Positions 33,401 through 44,486 of a stretch of DNA of 64,000 nt are shown here, in pieces. The notes under the pieces are model-generated. The model ran no database searches, had not been told where the DNA came from, and saw nothing but the letters and a program-made list of their open reading frames with translations. A program made the translations under genes and the position numbers. Each line of letters starts with the position of its first letter. Position 1 is the first letter of the stretch. The stretch is taken from NCBI GenBank assembly GCA_001724265.1, contig MEDY01000092.1:1-64000 (forward strand), in the 5' to 3' direction. Origin of the DNA: Rhizaria sp. SCN 62-66 (taxonomy: Eukaryota).

Positions 33401-36400
33401 GCAGTCGCAGAACCGGTACTCGAGCCATCGGCGTTACTGCTGTTGCTGTTGCTGTTGTTCAAGCTGTGCGCGTTGAGCGGCGAGTAGTCGCTGTTCATCT
33501 TGACGTCCTTGTTGAGCAGCGTGACGATAGGCCGCGGCGTGGGCACGTACGGCATCGTCGCCGGGTCCAGGCACTGCGACCACGGCAACAGCGGGTACTT
33601 GGGCGCCGTCACCGGTTGCGGCAGCGCGCATGCCAGCGCGCCACACAGCGCCAGCGGCAGGGGGCCTGTCGCCGCGGGCGCCTCGGTGCTCTGCTCGCTG
33701 CCGTCGCTTATCGCCGCGCCGCTGCTGCTGCTGTTGTTGCTGGTGTTGCTCGTGCTGTTCGTGTGCACGTTGTTGGTGACGAAGCTGTGCGTGCGGGCCG
33801 AGTACGCGCCAAACCGCGCCGGGGCCTGCGACTGACCGTGGGCAGCACCGGTACCGGCAGCGCTAGAACTCGAGGCCGCGGCAAACGCGGCGTCGGTGCC
33901 CGCTTCGATCGCCTTGGCGACGTGCAGAAAGCGCTCAGCGTTGAAACCCACATGCACAGCGTCACTGCCACTCGCGGCCGCGGTCGCAGCAGCAGTGGTC
34001 GTGCTGTTGCCGCTGTTTGCAGTGACGTTTGTGGCGTGCCTGCGGTGGATCGCGCTCACGGTCGATGCCACTGCGCGCACGTTGGCCGAGTGCACCAGCG
34101 ACACACGCGTCTGCGTCAAATGCAGCAGCTCCGAGACCGCAGCCGGCGTGGCGACCGCCTCGGCGGCCACGGCGGCGGCCAACGCGTCCTCGGTGTCGGC
34201 ATCGTCGTCGTCGCCCCCATAGGCAGTCCCACGCACATCGCTGTTGTCGCCGTCGTTATTGTGGCTCGATAAGTTGGTTTTGGCCTCGATGGTGGCCCGG
34301 CCGAGCTCGAGCGTCATGAGCTCCTCGGCTTCGCGCCGCGCCTGCGCGTTGATGCGGCCGATGGCGAGTTGCATCGCGGCCCACACCTCGGGCTTCTCGG
34401 CCGACACGCAGATGTACAGCCGCGACGGGTCCCAGCGCGCGGGGTCCAGGTGACTCAGCGACGCCAGCGAGGACGGCACGACCGCGCCCACGGTCGAGTC
34501 GTACCGGGCAGCGGAGGCGGGGCACTGCGCCGGCGCCGGCGGGGGAAAGAACGGGTCCAGCGCAGCCGCGATGCGCGCCTCAGTCGCAGACAGACTGGAG
34601 TTCAAACGCCAAAAGATGACAAAAGATGAGATAGATATGCGTGAGATTAAGAATTGTTGATGCTAATGATTGAAAATAGTTAAACAGCCACAAATTAAAT
34701 GGTTTCGTTTAGTATGATGTCATATTCTAGAACATGCGACGATCACTCATAAACACACGTACCGAGCAGCAGCAGCCGTAGCGTTCGCGGCGCCCGCCGC
34801 GGCGGTCTTGTCGGCCGGCGAGAAAGACAGCGGCAGCGGCTGCGCAGTGAGGATGGTGGTCGGGTCCGCCGGCAGCCGCAGCGCACGCGCGGCCGCGGCG
34901 GGCAGCGTCCAGCCCGCTTTGGCCGCGGTCGCCATCGCCAGCGCGTGGGCCTCCTTGGGCTGCAGCGAGTGACCGTGGGCGACATGGGTACCCGCGGTGC
35001 CGGCAGCACCCGTGGGGGGCATCAGCGCCGCGACGGCTTTGTTTGGGGGCGCCGCCAGCGCGGGGCTCGCGGCGGCGGCGGCGGCGACGGGGGCGGTCGA
35101 TGGGGGCATCATGTCTACCCAGGGGTCCGCGATGCCGTGCAGCGCGGCGCGCCACAGCGCGGCCTCCTCGGCCGGCGGCAGCGGCACGATGCGGAGCTGG
35201 CGGCAGAGGAAAAACATCACGGCCAGCGGGAGCGCGGTGGACGACACGGGTGTCGTGGTGGCAGCCGCACTCGCGCTCGCGGTGGCGGTGGCATTACTAG
35301 TCGTCGTCGCGAGGGCGGTGCTCGCGGTCGTGGTGCGGGTGGTGACCGCGGGGGTCGCAATCGCGCCCTGGGAGCCTGTGGGCGCCGAAGTGTTGGCGTT
35401 GAGAGTAGTCGCATTGTTGCTGTTGTTGTTGGACACAGAGCGGGTGGAGCGAGGCACCGGAAATGCCTCCGAGTCGACCAACGGCGCGCCCGCCAGCGCC
35501 GCGGCCGCTGCAGCGCCAGTGCCAGCGCCCGCGCCCGCGCTTGAAAGCGAGAGTGGGGAGTTGAACATGGGGCCGTCGCGGGAGAAATCGCCACTGCTGC
35601 TGCCGAGAGTGTTGCTCGGGCTGGGGTCAATGTCACTAATGGGATTCGCGGTATTAGCGAGATTGCCAGCGCCGGCAGTCGCGGTGGCGAAGGGCGACAG
35701 CGCATTCGCGGTCGCGGCGTCGTTGCGGTCGTCGTCATCGTCGGTCATGCCGACTGCGGTCGAGCCCTTGCCCGCGAGGTTGGCCTGGGCAGCGGCCGCG
35801 GCAGCAGCGCCCGCGAGGAACGTCGCCGTCGCACTCGCGCCAATCGAGCCAGCACTCGCGCCGCCCGCAGCAGCGCCAGCAGTAGAGCTGTTCGCGCTAC
35901 TGGGGTTGGTCGTGTTGCTGCTAGTATTGCCGGGCGGGGGGGAGTTGGCGCGCCGCGAGCTCAGCCGGCCGCCCTTCCAGCCCGCCATCGCGGCGCCGAC
36001 GCGGACAAAGTTGACCCAGCCCGAGACGGCAAACGCGGCGAGCCTGAGCGCGGCGGCGGTGCGGGCGGCCGAGAGGGGCGCTGAGTAGCGCTGGCGGAAG
36101 AGGGCCTGCTGGGCGAGCTGGCAGCGCAGCGCGGCGCGCAGCGACGCGTGCAGAGCGGGTGACGGGGGGCACGTCCAGGGGGCCGAAAAAAGAAAAGTTT
36201 CCGAGGGGAAATAGGCCGGGTACAGCAGAGGTGCAGTCGACATCACCGGAACACTAAACGTGAAAAAGAAGAATATACGGGATATAGCACAAGATGTGAG
36301 GCGCGTGTGATAGAATGAATAAAAAAGTCAAGCAATAGCCTGAAAATCGTATTTTGTGTGGTGACGATACAATAAACATCTCTTTGATTGCGATATAGCG

Positions 36401-37922
36401 AGCGATAATGAAGCACATACCTGAGTCCCTTAGGAGGCGTGCGAGTATAGCTGTTCGCAACGGGCGCGCGCTTGACCGGCCTCAGCACAGCGGCGCCGCT
36501 GCTGGCCGCACCTCCACGCGTACCGGCACTCTCAGCAGGCGGGTTGCGGCGGCTGGAGGGGGCGTCCCTGGCCCTCGAGCCCACCTTGGCCTGCGACAGC
36601 CCGTACCGAGATTGTTCAGACGGAGCCTGCTGAGCCTGCGACTGAGACTGAGCCTGGGACTGCTGAGACTGGCGGAACTGTGCGAAGGGCTGGGACAGCG
36701 GCTGCGCCGCGGCGGTGTTCTGTTTGTTCCAACACAGCTCGTCGATGGCGCCACTGGGCAGTACGGGCAGCGCAGACGCCACCGCCGCCGCCGCCGCCGC
36801 CGCGGTCTGCAAGGGCTCGGACGCCACGGCGGCGGCCAGTGTGGCAGCCGCGGCCGCGGCGGCGGCGGCGGTGGACTCGGCGAACGAGGCGTCGAAGCTA
36901 TCAAACGCGTTGTTGTCATTACCATCGTTATCATTGTCGATATCTGTCATAGCTGGAGCAGCGGAGGTGTTATGAGACAAACTACTCGACTTGTGGTTGC
37001 TGCTGCTCGCAGCCGCCGCCTTCCGTGTGGCTTGACTATTATGCGCGGCCAACTGCCTGTCAATGGCGGCCACGGCGTCCTCGGCCGCGAGCTCCTGGGC
37101 GAAAAACTCGCAGTCGTCAAACCAGCTGCCCAGGAAGGGAAACGCGGCCGCCACTGCCGAGACGGAGCCGGGGTTGGACGGGGACGGAAGCGCTGCGGCT
37201 GCGGCCGGGCCGCCGTAACCAGGGCTGGGGCTAGAGCTGGAGCCTGTGCTGACTGAGAGAGAGGACAGCGAGCTAGTAATGCTGCTGCTGTTGTTGTTGT
37301 TGAAAGCACTACTGCTAGACGTGGGTGTCTTGGGCCTGACAGACCGCGGAGTGACAGTATTCGCAGCGGAAGCACTACTAGAGCTCGCGGCCGCACTCGA
37401 CACGCTCGACGCGGTGGCGGCATTGGTGTTGCTGTTTGTATAGAGCCTCTCCAGGTCGTTGACGGCGGCGACGTCGGCGGCGTCGAGGAACGCCGCCAGC
37501 TGCGACAGCGCACGGCTGCTGTGCGGTGGGCTCGCGGCTGCGCTGCCGTCGCTCATCGCACTGTCCGCCGTGCCAGCACCCGCGTCAGAGCCTGCGCCGG
37601 GGCTGGCGCTGGCGCTGGCGCTGGTGCCCTCTCTCGCCGCGGCGATGGACTGCGTCAGAATGTCGCGGATGTTAGACACCTGGCGCTCGATCGCCTCGAG
37701 GAAGACCGCAACGTGGCGCGAGCGCTCGACAGCGTCCGCGCGGGCCTCCGCGGTGGCGAACTGCGCGGCGCTGGCGGCGTGGCGCTCGAGCTCGGCCTGG
37801 TTGCGGCGCGCGGCAAGGTCCACGAGCGCTCTGAGGATGGCGACGACGGACGCGCGCGGGAGGGCCGCGAGCTCGGCCTTGGTGAGCGCAAGCAGGCGCA
37901 GTGACGGCGCGGGGGGGTTCAT
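30495..37922 (-). CDS. Tubulin-tyrosine-ligase-like (TTLL) polyglutamylase-type enzyme with large low-complexity expansions, ~2300 aa; exons 36421-37922, 34763-36253, 32395-34594, 30495-32204
   Basis: Motifs WNLLWTW, QKVNHF, FIPRTFTLP, WIIKPINSSRGRGI, VVQ|EYIADP, KFDFRLYVVVTSF, HLTNSSI and [28 protein letters not shown]. Three introns with consistent phases. Linkage of the two 5' exons is inferred from splice phase only. Confidence 0.85.
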
Positions 37923-38379
37923 CAGCGGCGGGGGCGAGCGCAAAAGCGCGGCAGGAAAGTTAAATGGTGCGTTGAGGGGGATATACAGGCGTGGAGGTGT
38001 GGTGCCGGCTCGTGCAACTTGGAACAGCGAAAGATGCGAGACGAAGATTGTGGTGGAAAGAGGGAAGATCGGGATATGTGGGAGTGAGAGACGGGTGGAT
38101 AATATACAAAGTAGATACGCCTTTTATGGTTCTGTTATTTCGCTATTCTCGTTGATTGTGGTGAGTTGTTCAAGAAATGGGTTGAGAGTGGACTGGATGA
38201 CTGGATCCCACGCCACAGGCTGCGGATACACGGATAACAAACGCGGGCAGCATAAGAAACTAAAACAAAGTAAAGAGTCACAAGTCAAATACTATACTAA
38301 GCTGATGAGTCGCTCTATGTCTTCTCCGCATCGCACAACATTCGCAAAGTGAGTCTTCACGCACGGTGTGGATGCCCGG

Positions 38380-38430
38380 CGCGGTCCAGCCTCGCTAGCG
38401 GACCGGCCAGTCCTGGCCGTTTTTGAGACG
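38380..38430. promoter_or_regulatory. Putative bidirectional promoter core between TTLL and DNAL1 (GGCC-rich, GGCCGTTTTTG)
   Basis: Local GC/GGCC island inside a 648-bp head-to-head gap. Similar GGCC plus A/T-tract elements at ~3825, ~42251 and ~44370. Confidence 0.4.
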
Positions 38431-38570
38431 AAGTGAGTTGTCAGGAGTTCCAAATCTGCATTTATCCTTCGTTGTGTTGCTCTGTGGTTTGAACTCTGGA
38501 AACTACTTCTTACAAAATCGTTGATTTCTATTTTACACCTGCCCCAAATCCCGGCATATCCTTCCTACAG

Positions 38571-39715
38571 ATGGTACGTTCTCGCCTTCTTGTTCAGTCA
38601 TCACGAAAAACGGCTCTCTCTTTCCCGCACCTCCCAAACCATCTCACTCCCCCGCTTCCCCGACGCCGTGTATTGTTATTTTTGTTGTTAACAGGCTGAT
38701 CCTAAGGCTAAGGTTGGCCCCACCTGCAAGGAGGCGATCCAGAAGTGGCAGGCCAAGACCAAGGAGGACCCCCAGTCAGCTACTAAGGTCTCGCTCATCG
38801 CCATGTTCCTCCGCAAGATGGAGCCCGCCCTCAACACCCTCGTCAACTGTGAGTACGTCCCGCCCTTACTCGCACATGTCTCCCTACTGTAGATCCTGCT
38901 GCTTCTCCCTCTTAATGGGTTTGGCGTGTGCTGCATCGCATTTGAAATGTGCAGTCGCAGGTTTGTTTTCTTGTCCGCTGTTGGCTCTATTTGAATCTCA
39001 TGCTCACCAATCGCTTTTCCACACTCTAATGGTTGTTGTCATCGATTAAAACACGTAGGCACCTTTCTCTGTCGACCAACATGATCGACAAAATCGCCCC
39101 TCTGCCTTCGCTCAAGCGCCTCAAGATCCTCACCCTGGGCCGCAACAACATCCGTAAGATCGAGAAGCTCGAGGACCTGGCCGGCTCGCTCGAGCAGCTC
39201 TGGCTTTCCTACAACGCAATCGAGAAGCTCGACGGCCTTTCGTCGCTGCGCCACCTCTCGGTGCTGTTCATCTCGAACAACAAGATTAAGAGCTTTGACG
39301 AGCTCCTCAAGCTCAAGGACCTCCCCAAGGTACGTTGCATCTAACACGATCTCATTAAGACTGTCACCCATTTTTACGCAGCCCGATTATAATTGAAAAT
39401 GTGGCTCACACGTGCTATATTTAGTTGTTCAGCTACGGAAGCAACATATTCATCCTCAAATCTCACGCTTTCTCGTTTCTCTCTTCTGGTGCCCTTGCGC
39501 CTTGCATCCCAACATCACACTCTTGACGATCGACCTAACTGCAGCTCTCGGAGCTCCTGCTGACGGGCAACCCGATGTACGACAACCTGTCCCGCCAGGA
39601 GGCACGCGCCGAGGTGCTGCGTCGCCTGCCGAAGCTCAAGAAGCTCGACGGCACGCTCGTGTCCGAGGCTGAGGTCGAGGCCGCGCTCAACCCCGAGAGC
39701 CTCGAGGTCGCGTAA
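38571..39715 (+). CDS. DNAL1: Axonemal outer-arm dynein light chain 1 (LRR), 200 aa; exons 38571-38573, 38695-38852, 39059-39329, 39545-39715
   Basis: Motifs TCKEAIQKW, RKMEPALNTLVNCEHLSLSTNMIDKI, LKILTLGRNNIRKI, LEQLWLSYNAIEKL, LLLTGNPMY and RLPKLKKLDG. Three GTACGT introns. Stop TAA. Confidence 0.95.
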
Positions 39716-40984
39716 ACGCGGGAACTGTGGGGAAACAAACAAAACACACAGCGTGTCGAGGAACAAAAGACCAAAACATGAATAGATGAAAACCGAAAAA
39801 CACCAAACAATGCTGCTGGTGGCGGCAACAGTTAGAGTATACCCAATAATTAAACTTACAAACAATGAATCCAAGCAAAGCAACAATGTGTTAAGCTCAC
39901 GTTGTTGCCGTATGAAAGAATGATGTTGGTGCCAGCACAGATAGATACAAAGCACTTTTAGACCAATTTACTTTTCATAACGGCAACCATCTTATTATAC
40001 ACTGTGTCATGTACAGTCACGGCAAACAAAGCATGACTAGGCTAGAATGTGGTTACAATTTTGTATTTGGTTTTATATCGATGTTTTGTTTGAGGAGTGA
40101 GGACTACCAGTAGCAATGAAAGCTATCATAAGCCAAGTTCGGCTCGTGAAAACACGTGACAGCACGGCATGTGGGGAAACGTGGGTGAAGCTTGATTTGT
40201 TGTACGTAAATGCATATAGAACATTAATTTTCGGGCGTATCCGTAGATAACGTGAAAAGAACGAAGGATCAAAATGAGAATTGCGGCGGCGTGTTGATGT
40301 TGTTGCTGAAGGAAGGGGGCGCACGGAATGATATGATGGTGACAAGTGATAAGGAACTCGGTGGAAGCGAGCGACTGGAACAGTGACCACATACGAGAGC
40401 GTCCAGGTGTAAGGAAGTGTTTGTGTAAATGACTGTGAGGGTAATGATAACTGCTGATATGGGGATAAAGTTGATAATTACGCCCTGACTAGTGAAACAA
40501 ACAACGAGCAACAAGAGCAACACCGACGCATAGATTTGAGAAAGCTAAAACGAAAAGACGGAAATAAAATGAGAAAGCGGGGCGCGGTGAAGCGGAATTA
40601 AAATAGGGCACGGGGGAAAACAATATAACTGACAATAAAACACGATCGTATGTGACCATGCAAAGACGTGAGGACTGTAGCCTCAGGGTTGTGTTTTAAA
40701 ACAAAAACACAGGGAGCACTTCAGAAACGCCGTTGAATACATGCAACATACAATGACAAAAGTCCAGTACAACCGAGCACCAGCTGTGTAGTGACAACCC
40801 TGATGGTGCGTGTGTGACTGACCGGCGAACTGTAATAAGCGGTGCTGAGACATCGACGACAAGCTGTCTTGGTCTTAGCGCGGACTTGGACTGGAAGGAA
40901 GAGTGAGATTTTGTTCATTTAACCCCACTTATAAACATGCAGTCAAAGCATTGAGAGTCCATGTCATGATCGAAGCATCACTGC

Positions 40985-42121
40985 TTAGTCATACCGCTCG
41001 TCATCGTCATCCTCCTTCTTAGTGCTGTTGTTGGGGTTATTGTTGGTGTTGTTGCTGTTGCTGTTAGAGCTGCCGACCGTCTCAAGGGGACGCACACTGA
41101 CGGTGCCCATCATGGCGTTGCCGACCATGACGCCCTGCTTGTGCGCCACAATCATCTCCTTGAACACCAGAAAGTCGCCCAGCGAGGTGAGCAGCTCGAG
41201 AATCTGCTCGTCCACCTCGTCCGACCGCGCCGTGGTGAGCTGCATGAACTCGCCCAGGTCACAGTCGGGCACCACAGACAGGGCCGACTCCAGCAGCTTC
41301 TCGATCAGCGCGGTCTGCGGAAGCGACGCAGCAAAGAGCACAAACAAGTGCACAAGTGAGAATTAGATGAGAAAAAGTGAGTTGTGGTGAACGCGGGTTA
41401 CTCGAATGCAATTTGAATTTTGATTGTGCCTCGGACAATATAATCAGCAATGTTGATGTGCTTTAATGTGATGTGTGTGAAATAAATTATTATTCGACGT
41501 ACCCACTGCTGGAAGATGGGCATATACTCGAGCTTGTTCTCCTCACTGGCGTCGAAAATGCCACAGTGCTCAGACAAAAACGCGTCTTGAGCCTGGCCGA
41601 ACTCCTGGCGAAGAGCAAAACAAAGGTTTTAGAATGAATGGAGGCAAAATATGTGTGTGAGAGTGAGTTGTAGTTCTGAGCGGTCTAAGGTGTAGAATAT
41701 CAGTGGTCTCAAAGGAGTGGCGATGGGTTGATGTGAGAGACTGAGACGAACCTCGCTGCAGACAAAGGTCTGAAGAGCGTCGATGTACTGGTCAAAACGA
41801 TCAGTCTCCTCGTCGCGGGGGCGGCTACGTAGAAGGCAGAGCGACATTAATGGGCAAAGAGATCAAGATGGAGACCACAAAGGGTGAGTGAAAGTGAGAA
41901 GCCAAAGGCCAAGGAGACACAGGCGAGACACAGCATCGAGAAATAAACACATTAAATTGTCGACTGAAACGTCAAATTTGAACATATGGTTCATTTAGAC
42001 ACAGTATTAGAGGAATACTATGAAGATATGCATGGTTGAGATGAACGTACTGCGTGGTGGTGAAGATGATCTCACCATCGTCTCCGTTGTCGGCGTTCAT
42101 CAAAGTGGTCTTGTCGTCCAT
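40985..42121 (-). CDS. ARL2BP: ARL2-binding protein (BART domain), 191 aa; exons 42051-42121, 41752-41824, 41503-41604, 40985-41314
   Basis: Motifs RFDQYIDALQ, FLSEHCGIFDASEENKLEYMPIFQQW and DEVDEQILELLTSLGDFLVFKEMI. Three introns in phase. Stop TAA. Confidence 0.88.
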
Positions 42122-42601
42122 CGCTGTTGGGAGTGCAACAGAACAAAGAAAGAGAAAATGAAATTATGATTGCTTAGTTAGCTCATATTAAAGTCGACTT
42201 GAATCGCTAACACCTTCATGTGACGTCTAAAAATTGAGTTTAAACCCTGACAAAAATGGCCATTACAAACGGCAGCTCATCTTTGTTGTTCACTGGCTGG
42301 CCGGCCATCGATAGCCGTTGGGGTGCATGACAACATCGCATTTGTGGTTATAAAAGTTTGATATCTACAAATTGTGTATTACTGCAGTGTGGTATAGTGG
42401 TCTAACCTTACAAACGAACGTATAATCAACTCCAATAGACCGCATCTGCGCATTGATTTGACTTTGAACAACCTTGTTCTTCAAAATCCCTTCCATTCTA
42501 CATTCAACTAACCCAGCCGGACCGACACAAAACTAAATCTACTCACTCATCAACATGAGCCCCATACGACATCATCAACCTCGAAACCACCGCTTCCCGC
42601 C

Positions 42602-44210
42602 TTAGAGCGAGGGGCGCATGGAGGGGGTGACGTAGGTGGCAACGGTGGTGCCGTTGACGACGTCGAGGATCATCTTGGGCTTGAGGTCGGCGTTGACGAT
42701 GCCGTGCGTCTTGCCCTCGTCGAGCGGCTTCGCGGCCTCGATGCGCAGCTTGTGCAGCTCCTCAATCGCGCCGGTGGACGCATTGTTGGCGAGCCAGAGC
42801 TGGCGGTGGCCGAGCGCGAGCTTGGACACGTTGGCGGCGCGCGTGAGCAGGTAGTCGGCCTGGTTCTCGGCCGCAGGGCCCACGCGGGGGTAGAAGAAGC
42901 CCGCGGAGACGTTGAAGGCGGCCGTCGAGGTGCCGTTAACGTTCTCGGCCGTCTTGTTGACGTAGGTGACGGGCACGGGGCGGTACATCATGACCGCCTC
43001 GGGCGAGTAGTACTGGTTGATGATGTCCTGGATCTTAGGCGGGATCGGCACCATGTCGGGGTTGATCTTGGGCACGAACTCGGCCTTGGCGCCAGAGCGG
43101 GCCTCCAGGAACGAGGGGACGTAGGGCGAGGGGCTGCCGCCGACGATGTGGGTGGGGATCGAAGCGCCGCCGTTCTGGAAGTAGAACTCCTCATACTCGG
43201 CGAGGCCCTCGCGGAGGGTCTTCATGCTGTCAGCAGACGCCAGAACCATGTCCTCGGCCGACTTGATCAGCTTGGGATTGATCGAGATCTGCTCGGCGTC
43301 GCGGCCGAGGGCGTCGCGCACCATGTCGCTCGTGTTGCCGGCCTTGCCAGCGCGGAACTTCCAGCCCTTCAAGAAGGTGACGTTCTGGGCCGCGCGCGCC
43401 TGGGCCTGCGCCTTCTCGGCAGGGAACAGCGTGATCGCAATCGTCGTGTCCTGCGCAGCCGTGTCGACGACGCCGGCGTAGGGGACGAAGCCGGGGGCGA
43501 CGCCGGACTCGATGAGCGAAGCGTCCTCGGTCTCAGCCTCGGCGTCAGCGTCAGCATCGGCCTCGGAGTCAACGTCAGCCTCCTCGTCAGCGTCGGCGTC
43601 GGCGTCAGCCTCAGCGTCGGCCTCGGCGTCGGCCTCGAGCTCGAGCTCGGCATCGGCCTCGGCGTCAGCGTCAAGCTCAACGTCGGCCTCGACGTCAGCA
43701 TCCATTTCCATGGCGTACTCCGTCTCGGCCTCAGCGTCTTGCTCAACGAAGCTCACCCCGAGAGCTGCGTTATACTGAGGCTCATCTTGATAAACCTCAG
43801 AGCCGCATGCGCCCTGTAATAAAGTAAAGTTGGGGAGAAACAAGCGGGCAGGGCGAAGGATAGGGGAAGGACAGGCAAGGGGAGAGGAAGCAGGCAGGGT
43901 ATGAGTGAGAGTGGGCAGAGAGCAAGGGGAATCAGCCAGCGAACTTAGAAGGGATAGACGGAAGGGAAGGCGACGTCAGAAGCGCGCGTGGTGGTTCTGA
44001 AGGGATCAAACATGGGATATTATATCCTGTTGAAATGCCTAGAAGAGCATGAGCGCGGCGGGGGACTTTCTGGAGAGCGTTGAAGAAGGAGCACAGAGGG
44101 CAACAGAGGGGAGAACAGGGTCGAGAGGGGAGCAAAGAGGGGGCTTTACGTACCTGCATGGTAAGTGCTAGGGCACATGCGATCACCAGAAACAAAAGAG
44201 ACACTTTCAT
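42602..44210 (-). CDS. Secreted protein with (DAEA)n acidic pro-region, unknown function, 422 aa; exons 44154-44210, 42602-43813
   Basis: Signal peptide MKVSLLFLVIACALALTMQ|GACG, split by a GTACGT...CAG intron. Very strong C/G-ending codon bias and many NxS/T sequons. Stop TAA. Confidence 0.8.
43530..43745 (-). repeat. Coding degenerate hexamer repeat (GAY/GAG-GCY), Asp/Glu-Ala dipeptide run
   Basis: Encodes DADAEADAELELEADAEADAEADADADADEEAD. Confidence 0.8.
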
Positions 44211-44329
44211 GTTTATCTTCTGTTTTCGCAGAGTCAAAAGGACTTCACCAAGGGCCCACATCACGTCCTTTCGGCGCCGCCCACAGCCTTTGCCCCACAC
44301 ACTCGCACGAAGTTAGGCCGCTCGAGTCT

Positions 44330-44425
44330 GACTTCTTGTGGACCGAGCCAGTCGGCCGCCAGCCTGCTGGGCCGAAAAATCGATGGGCCGGTCGGACTGG
44401 GGCATTTTGCTGCGCCGCGGTCAAG
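44330..44425. promoter_or_regulatory. Putative compact bidirectional promoter (276-bp gap between start codons)
   Basis: Divergent ATGs at 44210 (-) and 44487 (+). GGCC-rich core containing GGGCCGAAAAATCG. Confidence 0.5.
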
Positions 44426-44486
44426 TGATATATGCGACTGAAAGAATCCGTTGTTTGGTCATTAGTTTGATTAACTGAATAGTCAA

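Noticed and set aside
42385-42460. tRNA-like GTGGTATAGTGGT segment
   Set aside because: No T-arm GTTCRA or acceptor-stem pairing follows. No tRNA, including a CUA suppressor, was identified in this window.
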